A DNA stretch of 28,372 bases from Candidatus Nanobsidianus stetteri (GCF_003086415.1 NZ_QEFP02000010.1:1-28372), one strand, 5' to 3'; shown: positions 1 to 7,513, numbered from the stretch's first letter. Notes: generated by a model from the sequence alone, not told the origin. Numbers and translations: made by a program.

Positions 1-20
1 TAATTCTCTACCTAAGAGAT

Positions 21-620
21 CTAATTCTTCTTTACATTCTTCTTTAACTTTTTTGCTAATTCTTTAAAGTTTTTTTCATCTAATTTTCCATCAAACATTT
101 TTTTATCTCTATAAAAATTATAACCCCAAGTATCATTTATTATGTTAAGTGGTGATATGCCTTTTGTAGCATCTTCCAAGATACTTGTAAGCAAACCTAT
201 AAATACTAAAAACTCAAAAACCTTGTAAAGCTCTTTTTCATCCATATATTTTCCATATTTTTCCTTTATATCATTCCAAAACATTTGAAAAATAGGATCT
301 GATAGAAGTTTATTTAGTATACTCTCAAAACCAAATATATTTGCAGTTATTTGGATCTCTCCATCATTAAAAGGCGAATCATAAAGAAAAAGAGTAATAT
401 TTACACCCATATCCTTCTTATTATTATCATCATTATCATCATTTGTAATTCTATTTATAATCCTTGCTACTTTTTCTACAACCATAATTCTCTTAAAATA
501 TTCTATTATGTGTTTCGGAGATCCATAACTCATATATATTGTGTTTATAATTTCATTTATAAACTTTTCTAATTTTTCTTCAGATAAATATTTCATTGAA
601 GCATAACTCATATATACCAT
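21..620 (-). CDS. hypothetical protein (199 aa)
   Basis: Long ORF with non-repetitive, protein-like composition. It lies 126 nt downstream of the P-loop NTPase ORF on the same strand. No motif recognised. Confidence 0.45.
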   Translation of the reverse strand: MVYMSYASMKYLSEEKLEKFINEIINTIYMSYGSPKHIIEYFKRIMVVEKVARIINRITNDDNDDNNKKDMGVNITLFLYDSPFNDGEIQITANIFGFESILNKLLSDPIFQMFWNDIKEKYGKYMDEKELYKVFEFLVFIGLLTSILEDATKGISPLNIINDTWGYNFYRDKKMFDGKLDEKNFKELAKKLKKNVKKN

Positions 621-746
621 AGTATCTTCTACACTGGCTTTTTTAATAGCCTTTGCTATAAATACATATCCTAATGTATGTGGGTTTATTTGCAGTTTAA
701 AAGGTTAAAAATTAAAAATTTAGGTTATGATATATTTTTAGAGCCA

Positions 747-2063
747 TTAATGTAGTCTCTCATATAGTTGTGATCTTTTTTCAAGCGTTTCATGACAATG
801 CTTTAAGAAATTATAAATATAAGAATTTATAGAATAGATCTTAATTTTAGGACTTTCTTCATAAATTTCTTTTATGTATGTTGAGTTTTTATATATCTTT
901 CTTGTTTGTTTAATGGGAGGTTCCAGGTGTATATTTCCAATGTTTTGCAAAGCATCGAAATCTTTTTTATTGCGAATTTGGAAATCAAGTGGAGGGTTTA
1001 CTATATAAAAGCCTTTAGAGTCTACTTTATCAGTTATCCTATCAAAATTTTTATTTAGTTCAATTAGAATTCTTAAAAACAAGCGTTCTTGGGACTCTTC
1101 TATTTTAAGATCCTCTTCATTATCATAATAATGCTCTATTGATAAACTACAACATTTTATATCTTTATATGCTTTTCTTAGATCAGATATCTCATGTAAA
1201 ATTAATAACATTGGAAAGACATAATCAGGCTCAAATTTTGCTAAGATATTAATTTCGTCAATATTTTTTCGATTTTTTATGATATATCTCATAACTTCAT
1301 GGGCTTTATCTTCTCCATAAAATGCACCCCACAAGAAATCGACATCCTTATTATTGTAGTTAGCTTCATGATTTTTATTTAGCACATTTTTCACATAGCT
1401 TAAGTAAGTTTCTTCCATATTAGGTGTCTCATTACTGCCAATACTGATAGGTTCTTTCCATAAAATTATCAGTGAACGCATCCTCATTATAGCTCTTCGA
1501 GCTAATGATAATGAAAACTGATTATTAACAATATGTGCTAATCGATATTCTCCAATTTCCCATATTTTACTTAGTAATTTTCTTGTAGTACCGATGATAC
1601 CTCTATTAAATACACCAAATAAATGATAAGCATCATCTAATATAATAGGGTGTGGGAATGATTTACCTTTTTCTTCTATTTGTTTTCCATGTAGCATAAT
1701 TCTACCCAAGTAATCATAAGGTAAATAGCAAAAGTCTAAATATATAGAATTTTTAATTTGTTCATCAGTGTAACCTAGATTTTTCATAATATGCTTGTAA
1801 ATTGCTATAGATAATGTAGACTTGCCTGCACCAGGTCCACCTAGAATTAATAACCAATAATCTGTATCAAAAGCCGAACTTATTGAGTCAGTAATATACT
1901 TAGAAATGTCTCTTAAAAAGGTTATCGGATTTACAAAAATATCTGTTTTAATGTTCTGGGCTTTGGTAGATAATAATTTGAAAGCTTTTGTTTCTTTAAA
2001 TAAATTTAATATATCTATAGATGTTAATCTTTCTATATCCGAAATGTTTTTTATATCTACCAT
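747..2063 (-). CDS. P-loop (AAA+-like) NTPase of unknown function (438 aa)
   Basis: Walker A GGPGAGKST at residues 75-83. Walker B-like strand IILDDA at residues 140-145, an AAA+-like spacing. The C-terminal roughly 250 aa are unrecognised. Confidence 0.65.
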   Translation of the reverse strand: MVDIKNISDIERLTSIDILNLFKETKAFKLLSTKAQNIKTDIFVNPITFLRDISKYITDSISSAFDTDYWLLILGGPGAGKSTLSIAIYKHIMKNLGYTDEQIKNSIYLDFCYLPYDYLGRIMLHGKQIEEKGKSFPHPIILDDAYHLFGVFNRGIIGTTRKLLSKIWEIGEYRLAHIVNNQFSLSLARRAIMRMRSLIILWKEPISIGSNETPNMEETYLSYVKNVLNKNHEANYNNKDVDFLWGAFYGEDKAHEVMRYIIKNRKNIDEINILAKFEPDYVFPMLLILHEISDLRKAYKDIKCCSLSIEHYYDNEEDLKIEESQERLFLRILIELNKNFDRITDKVDSKGFYIVNPPLDFQIRNKKDFDALQNIGNIHLEPPIKQTRKIYKNSTYIKEIYEESPKIKIYSINSYIYNFLKHCHETLEKRSQLYERLH

Positions 2064-2113
2064 AATATATTATTATTTTGGAATTTTTAAATTTTTGTGA
2101 ATTTTATTTAAAG

Positions 2114-2340
2114 ATTTTTATAAAAAATATAACTTCGAACTATAAGTTAAGAAAAGTCGTTTCCTTTATACTTTCAAAAACTATTAAAGATACAGTTTCT
2201 TTTACTCCTTTAATTTCTCTTATCTTATCTAAAACTGCTTTTCCTAAACCCTCAACATCTTTTTCTCTAACCTTTGCAATCATATCCCAATCCCCAGCTA
2301 TTATATGGACTTCTTGAATTTCTGGTAAGTTTGCAATTTT
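2114..2340. repeat. 227-bp perfect direct repeat, copy A (identical to 5893-6119)
   Basis: Base-by-base comparison shows identity at a constant offset of 3779 nt. Identity ends sharply at 2340/6119 and decays upstream of 2114/5893. Confidence 0.95.
2140..2340 (-). pseudogene. truncated Lrp/AsnC C-terminal fragment (last 66 codons plus stop), duplicate of the 3' end of the gene at 5919-6377
   Basis: Lies inside the 227-bp repeat and corresponds to 5919-6119. There is no N-terminal HTH region and no start codon. Confidence 0.9.
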
Positions 2341-2371
2341 CTTAGAATCTTTTTATAATTAACGATAAAAT

Positions 2372-2503
2372 TTATTTTCCAGAAAGTATATTCATTAATT
2401 CTCTAAATCCTTCTAATTCTTCTTTAGAAATTCCATATAATCCAGCAACTACTAAATCAATTTCATCTTCAACTTTTTTAAGTTCTTCTTTTGCATTAAT
2501 ATT
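2372..2503 (-). pseudogene. orphan C-terminal fragment (NINAKEELKKVEDEIDLVVAGLYGISKEELEGFRELMNILSGK) resembling the C-terminal helix of Type II/IIG methyltransferase-specificity proteins
   Basis: About 90% nucleotide identity to 8442-8573. Only the last 43 codons of track ORF 2372..2683 are conserved between the two copies. The ExxIDxxVxxLYGIxxEE pattern is typical of R-M enzyme C-termini, judged from memory without a search. Confidence 0.5.
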
Positions 2504-2572
2504 TTTACAATAATCAGGTTTATTATTGGAATATATGCATTTTGCTAATTCATGATTTTTTAAATAAATCAA

Positions 2573-2760
2573 CAATAATATAAATACAAGAGAAATATTA
2601 GAGAATCTAAAAGAAAAATTAAAAGAAAAATCTGAATATTTAAATTTAGATATAAAAAAATAAATATTATATAATATTTGCAAAGAGTTTTAAAGAAAGA
2701 ATTAAAGATGATAAAACATATTTATTTGATTTAAAAGATTTAGAAAATATAATGTATTGA
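2573..2760 (+). pseudogene. degraded 3' tail of an archaeal ATPase/DUF234-type gene (paralogous to 15885-16060)
   Basis: Nucleotide homology to the end of the 15824..16060 ORF (..EKSEYLNLDIKK.. versus ..EKSEYINLDIKNKYYIIFAKSFKERIK..). It is broken by a frameshift and premature stops. Confidence 0.6.
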
Positions 2761-2871
2761 ATATAAGAATTAAATAATTTGTTATCGGTTAATTTCATAA
2801 TATTTTATTGGATATATTATAAAATTATCAATTAAAAAATTTTTAATTTGTTAGAATAATAATAAATTACT

Positions 2872-2903
2872 TTTGAAATAAAAATCTAATAAAGGCTAAA
2901 AAA
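2872..2903 (-). terminator. conserved T-rich 3' flank module of cassette P1
   Basis: Plus-strand TTTGAAATAAAAATCTAATAAAGGCTAAAA lies just below the stop codon. On the coding strand it reads ..TAGCCTTTATTAGATTTTTATTTCAAA with oligo-T runs. The module recurs after most cassettes. Confidence 0.45.
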
Positions 2904-2910
2904 GTTAAAT

Positions 2911-3564
2911 TTAGAGGACCCCTCGCTGCAAAGATACTTTCATATAAAATATACCCTCGTCATAAATAGCCGAATTACCATTTATACTTAATTCTGGAAT
3001 TGCTTTTTTTGGCTTATCTAGATCCATAGAGATATCTGTACGTGTATGATACTCAGGTAATTTTAGATATAATATTTTATGAATATCTAGAATTTTCTCT
3101 TTTATACTGTCTATGAAAGAAGTGATTTGATGAGAATATCTAAGTCTTTTATCATCATGATGAGGGCATTCAATATGATAAGGTGAATGTTGTGTGTCTA
3201 AAAGACACAGAAATTCTTTATCTTCATAAAGGTACATTATAATATCATTTTCACATAATATAAGTTCATTACTAAATTTCTTACAATACGAATATGCTAC
3301 TGTATTGGATTTTTTTATTTCAGATATATCAGTCTTTTCTTTTACATATTCATATATTTCATTAAATAATTCCTTTAGACCTTTTACATGATCTCTTATA
3401 CGATATTTTAATTCCCATATATTAAGGTTTTCCATTATCTCAAATATTTTTTCAGAGCTTTTATTTAATTGTTGATCGTATTTTTGACTTTTATCAGTTT
3501 CTTTTAGATGTTCCTCAATTATTTTCATTAAATCCTTTCTTCCATATAGCTGTTGGCTATCCAT
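2911..3564 (-). CDS. cassette-family protein P1 (217 aa; subtype B, 4-Cys; duplicated N-terminal module)
   Basis: MDSQQ start, a helical ..VKEKTDISEIK segment, and a Cys ladder C-x9-C-x15-C-x12-C. It has the conserved 5' and 3' flanks shared with the other cassettes. Confidence 0.8.
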   Translation of the reverse strand: MDSQQLYGRKDLMKIIEEHLKETDKSQKYDQQLNKSSEKIFEIMENLNIWELKYRIRDHVKGLKELFNEIYEYVKEKTDISEIKKSNTVAYSYCKKFSNELILCENDIIMYLYEDKEFLCLLDTQHSPYHIECPHHDDKRLRYSHQITSFIDSIKEKILDIHKILYLKLPEYHTRTDISMDLDKPKKAIPELSINGNSAIYDEGIFYMKVSLQRGVL

Positions 3565-3582
3565 ACTATTATACTATATAAA

Positions 3583-3596
3583 AGATTTGTAAATTT
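3583..3596 (-). promoter_or_regulatory. TATA-like promoter core of P1 (AGATTTGTAAATTT)
   Basis: A variant of the family palindrome, centred about 25 nt upstream of the ATG at 3564. Confidence 0.5.
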
Positions 3597-3870
3597 ATCT
3601 TATATTATAATCATGTAATTGTAATGGGCAAATATTTTAAAAATAAAATATCTATAATTATAAACTCAAAAATAAAAATTAGCAAATGAATAATTAAAGA
3701 TTATCCATATTTAAGTTCTATAGATAGTATATTAAATAATTTAAATATTAGAGCGTGATATAAAATTCTTGAAAATTAACGTATAGAATATAATAAGAAT
3801 TAAATAATTTGTTGTTATCAATTATTGAGCTAAATAGATTAGCATTAATATACTCTTTAATATAATTATT

Positions 3871-3901
3871 TTTGAAATAAAAAATCTAATAAAGGCTAAA
3901 A
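3871..3901 (-). terminator. conserved T-rich 3' flank module of cassette P2
   Basis: TTTGAAATAAAAAATCTAATAAAGGCTAAAA lies immediately below the stop at 3905. Confidence 0.45.
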
Positions 3902-3904
3902 TAG

Positions 3905-4576
3905 TTATGACTTAGGACGAAGATAACGGTACCAACGTATTGAAATTTTATATATACTATCTATATATTCAAATTTATGTCTACTTATACTTATTTTTGG
4001 ATTCTCTCGTATTCGCTTTTTTAAATCTATAGAAGCATCTGCGAATATATTCATATATTGATCGCCCATATTCGTAAGTTCTCTCGGATCTAATAATATA
4101 TCATCTAATATATTTAAAACTGATTTTTTTATACCTTCTGGGAAAGGACATTTTTGAAGAGGATCAGATAATATAAATGTCTTACCATCATAATCAAGGC
4201 ATTCAATTTTATAAGATGTTCGGTCTAAACTACACAAAATATGTACATTTTCATCTTCATCATATTTATAATGATGATAATAAATATATGTTAGAAGATG
4301 ATTGTATACACTCCTATTATAAATATCTGACGTAAGATAATTATATTCGGGTCTCATATATTCATTAAAAGGTTCATTAGCATCTTTATTATAATGCAAA
4401 CCTACGTATGCTTCGAGTCTTTTTGCTTCAGATATACCAGCCTTTTCTAGTGCTTTTTCAACCAATTCGTTTAATGAGTCCTTTAGTTCTTCTATATCAT
4501 ATACTACTCGTTCCTTAAGTTCTTCTATTAAATTAAATGTTTTTTTATAACTTTTATCCGGTTGTTGCTTGTTCAT
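3905..4576 (-). CDS. cassette-family protein P2 (223 aa; subtype A)
   Basis: MNKQQ start, IEELKDSLNELVEKALEKAGISE, a Tyr/Asn-rich insert, KIEC..DGKTFILSDPLQKCPFPEGIKKSVLNIL, NMGDQY and ENPKISI. Paralogous to P5 and P7. Confidence 0.8.
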   Translation of the reverse strand: MNKQQPDKSYKKTFNLIEELKERVVYDIEELKDSLNELVEKALEKAGISEAKRLEAYVGLHYNKDANEPFNEYMRPEYNYLTSDIYNRSVYNHLLTYIYYHHYKYDEDENVHILCSLDRTSYKIECLDYDGKTFILSDPLQKCPFPEGIKKSVLNILDDILLDPRELTNMGDQYMNIFADASIDLKKRIRENPKISISRHKFEYIDSIYKISIRWYRYLRPKS

Positions 4577-4593
4577 ATTATTACATTATATAA

Positions 4594-4606
4594 AAATTTT
4601 AAATTT
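4594..4606 (-). promoter_or_regulatory. TATA-like promoter core of P2 (AAATTTTAAATTT, 13-nt variant)
   Basis: Occupies the same position as the family palindrome, centred about 24 nt upstream of the ATG at 4576. Confidence 0.45.
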
Positions 4607-4702
4607 ATATTGTATTCTAATTATATAATTGTAATAAACAAAAAATATAAATTCAAAGATAAAATTGACGACTATATAATTATAGAATAATAATAAATCA
4701 CT

Positions 4703-4735
4703 TTTGAAATAAAAAAAATCTAATAAAGGCTAAAA
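4703..4735 (-). terminator. conserved T-rich 3' flank module of cassette P3
   Basis: TTTGAAATAAAAAAAATCTAATAAAGGCTAAAAA lies just below the stop at 4740. Confidence 0.45.
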
Positions 4736-4739
4736 ATAG

Positions 4740-5552
4740 TTATGACTTAAAAGAATCATAAAAGGGTGTGGTCACATCAGTATAATATCTGCCAAAGACC
4801 AAAATTAGCCTGGCCTTTAATGGACCTTTGTCATATTCAATTTCATAAGTATTGCTACTTGTTTTATGTGTACTTATTCTTGCATTCTCCATTGTCTGCT
4901 TGTTTAAATCCCTAGAAATCTCTCCATATATACGTATATACTTATATATCTCATCCATCTCCTTAAGTACAGGGTCTACTGTAGATAATGTATAATATAT
5001 ACCTTTAAATGGACCTATTATACTGTTTATATCGTTTATGGGAGAACTAGACTTGGGTAACTCAAATGCTGATTCAAAAATATAGCGAATACTATATTGA
5101 ATGCATCTAAATCTATCATAATAATCTCTTGAGTTTGAATAACACTCAATTATTTTAGTACTATAAGACTGTATTTTAATATAATGACTTTCACAGTGCA
5201 GGCCTCCGTAATCCTGTTTACTAAAAATCAAGTCTACTCTTGCATCATATATTCTTATTTCAGGTAGATTAGTCGCTTCTTGTACTTTTTTAACAATTTT
5301 GTCTAATGCTCCCTCTAGTTGCATTATAGGAAATCTTAATCCGCTATTTAACTCTGGTATTTTTTTAGAACTTTTATCAGTTTTTTCTAACCATTTATCA
5401 ATTCTTTTCCCTATATCAGATATTTTTTCAGAATTTTTATCTGATCTTTGATTAGATCTTTTACTTTTATCAGTTTTTTCTAGCCAGTCATAAACGCTTT
5501 TTAATATCTCAGATATTTTTTCAGATTTTTCATCTGATTGTTGATAGTCCAT
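4740..5552 (-). CDS. cassette-family protein P3 (270 aa from the conserved ATG; subtype C; internal tandem repeat)
   Basis: The track ORF starts at a GTG at 5561. The ATG at 5552 gives MDYQQ and sits in the conserved CCATACTA context used by the other copies. The motifs YGGLHC, IIECYSNS and RFRCIQYS are shared with P4. Confidence 0.8.
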   Translation of the reverse strand: MDYQQSDEKSEKISEILKSVYDWLEKTDKSKRSNQRSDKNSEKISDIGKRIDKWLEKTDKSSKKIPELNSGLRFPIMQLEGALDKIVKKVQEATNLPEIRIYDARVDLIFSKQDYGGLHCESHYIKIQSYSTKIIECYSNSRDYYDRFRCIQYSIRYIFESAFELPKSSSPINDINSIIGPFKGIYYTLSTVDPVLKEMDEIYKYIRIYGEISRDLNKQTMENARISTHKTSSNTYEIEYDKGPLKARLILVFGRYYTDVTTPFYDSFKS

Positions 5553-5572
5553 ACTACACACTATGTAGGAAA

Positions 5573-5586
5573 AAATTTATAAATTT
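5573..5586 (-). promoter_or_regulatory. TATA-like promoter core of P3 (perfect palindrome AAATTTATAAATTT)
   Basis: Centred about 27 nt upstream of the ATG at 5552. Identical 14-mers occur upstream of P4, P5 and P6. Confidence 0.55.
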
Positions 5587-5892
5587 ATCTTATACTATAA
5601 TTATATAATTGTAATAAATAAATATTTTTAAAAATAAAATATCTATAATTATAAACTCAAAAATAAAAAATTAATGACTAAATAATTAAAGATCAATCAA
5701 TATTAAAAGTAATTTGGTTAGATAAAAATAAACAGAACTTAATGTAAAAGCTAATACTATTCTAAGAATTTCTGATACTATTATATTTATCATTATTATC
5801 ACAATAATATAAGTAAAACATAAAAATGAATATTTTGACCATGTTGCTTTCTATAAAACCTATTTCACAGTAAAAATAAACCTTATTCAAAT

Positions 5893-6119
5893 ATTTTTAT
5901 AAAAAATATAACTTCGAACTATAAGTTAAGAAAAGTCGTTTCCTTTATACTTTCAAAAACTATTAAAGATACAGTTTCTTTTACTCCTTTAATTTCTCTT
6001 ATCTTATCTAAAACTGCTTTTCCTAAACCCTCAACATCTTTTTCTCTAACCTTTGCAATCATATCCCAATCCCCAGCTATTATATGGACTTCTTGAATTT
6101 CTGGTAAGTTTGCAATTTT
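5893..6119. repeat. 227-bp perfect direct repeat, copy B (identical to 2114-2340)
   Basis: Covers 26 nt downstream of the lrp stop plus the last 201 nt of the lrp CDS. Confidence 0.95.
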
Positions 6120-6377
6120 TTCTGCAACTTCTCTTTGTTTAATACCTGCAGAGGGATCATATTTTATTAAAACAAAAGCCAAAACATTTTTACCAATAGC
6201 TTTAGGATCTAAAATTGCTCTATATTCTTTTATTATTCCTGCATTTTCTAATCTCTTTATTCTAGCGAAAATTGTAGTCTCTCTCATTTCTGTAATTTGA
6301 GAAAGTTCTCTTAATGAAAGTTTGCAATTCTTCTGTAAAAGTGAGAGTAATTGTTTATCCTTTTCATCTATCTTCAT
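5919..6377 (-). CDS. lrp: Lrp/AsnC-family transcriptional regulator (152 aa)
   Basis: N-terminal HTH (LSLRELSQITEMRETTIFARIKRLENAGII) followed by a C-terminal AsnC/RAM-type effector domain. The length is typical for the family. Confidence 0.9.
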   Translation of the reverse strand: MKIDEKDKQLLSLLQKNCKLSLRELSQITEMRETTIFARIKRLENAGIIKEYRAILDPKAIGKNVLAFVLIKYDPSAGIKQREVAEKIANLPEIQEVHIIAGDWDMIAKVREKDVEGLGKAVLDKIREIKGVKETVSLIVFESIKETTFLNL

Positions 6378-6580
6378 AAAAAATTAATATTTTTTTAAAG
6401 TTTAAGTATTTTATTCAAAATACCTTTAAACTTTATGAAATTTATACATACTATATCCTATCAATTGGTAAATTAAATTTTGAAAAATATTCAATTTTTA
6501 TATAGAATTTAAGTAATTTTTTGAATACCTTTCAAAAAATTTTATAAAAAATTTAAGAACAGGTAATACAAATATTAACA

Positions 6581-7513
6581 ATGGCGGTAGAAGAAATGAT
6601 ATCTCACCTAAAAGAAATGAAGCCAATACTAAGAATACAGACAGTAGTACTGAAGGAAATGCAGTCATTCATGGTAGGAAGAGGCTTTGTACAACTACTA
6701 CCAATAGTAACATCAAAATTTACAGATCCATTGGCACCAGATCCAGGATCCAGCGTTATATTCACACCATCATTCGAGTATTATTCGCAGAAACTAGTAA
6801 TAACACAGAGTATGATTTTGCATAAGCAGCTATCCCTTATAGCAGCAGATAAAATATTTATATTCTCACCAAACGTTAGATTAGAAAAGAGTGAAAGAGG
6901 TAAAACAGGAAAGCATGCTTTTGAATTTACACAAATGGATTTCGAAATGGCATATGCAAAGATGAAGGATGTAATGGATTTAGTAGAAGATTTAGTAATA
7001 CATGTAATCAAAAAAGTTAAAGAAGAATGTAAAGAAGAATTAGATCTCTTAGGTAGAGAATTAAGAGTTCCTTCAAAACCATTCAAAGTTTATAGATATT
7101 CGGAAGTTTTAGAAAAATATGGTAGTGATGATGCTTTAAGTGAAAAAGAGAAAGATCCATTCTGGATTATTGATATAAAAAGAGAGTTCTATGATAAAGA
7201 AGATGAAGAACATCCAGGTCATTATTTAAACTATGATTTGATTTTGCCAGAGGGATATGGAGAAGTTTTATCTGGAGGAGAAAGAGAATATAAATATGAG
7301 AGAATTATGGAAAAGATGAAAGAATTAGAAAAAGAAGGTAGAGATTATTCATCATATAAAGACTATTTAGAAGTTGCTAAAATGGGATTATTAAAACCAA
7401 GTGCTGGAGGAGGAATTGGTGTTGAAAGATTATTGAGATTCTTAACAGGAAAGAGACATATAAAAGATGTTCAATTATTCCCAAGAATTCCTGGCGAAGA
7501 AGTAGTTTTCTAG
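6581..7513 (+). CDS. asnA: AsnRS-like class II synthetase core without anticodon-binding domain; probable archaeal-type asparagine synthetase A
   Basis: Class II motif-2-like FEFTQMDFEMAY and motif 3 GGGIGVERLLRFLTG, in a protein of only 310 aa. Divergent from an Lrp/AsnC regulator. Confidence 0.7.
   Translation: MAVEEMISHLKEMKPILRIQTVVLKEMQSFMVGRGFVQLLPIVTSKFTDPLAPDPGSSVIFTPSFEYYSQKLVITQSMILHKQLSLIAADKIFIFSPNVRLEKSERGKTGKHAFEFTQMDFEMAYAKMKDVMDLVEDLVIHVIKKVKEECKEELDLLGRELRVPSKPFKVYRYSEVLEKYGSDDALSEKEKDPFWIIDIKREFYDKEDEEHPGHYLNYDLILPEGYGEVLSGGEREYKYERIMEKMKELEKEGRDYSSYKDYLEVAKMGLLKPSAGGGIGVERLLRFLTGKRHIKDVQLFPRIPGEEVVF

Noticed and set aside
2372-2683. 103-aa ORF taken as an intact gene
   Set aside because: Only its last 43 codons are conserved with the second copy at 8442-8573. 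The N-terminal part runs antisense through the DUF234-tail remnant and is low-complexity. It is treated as a fragment.
2114-6119. Integrated element or transposon bounded by the 227-bp repeats
   Set aside because: Not called as a mobile_element feature. There is no integrase, transposase or terminal inverted repeat in or next to the bracketed DNA. It is kept as a finding only.
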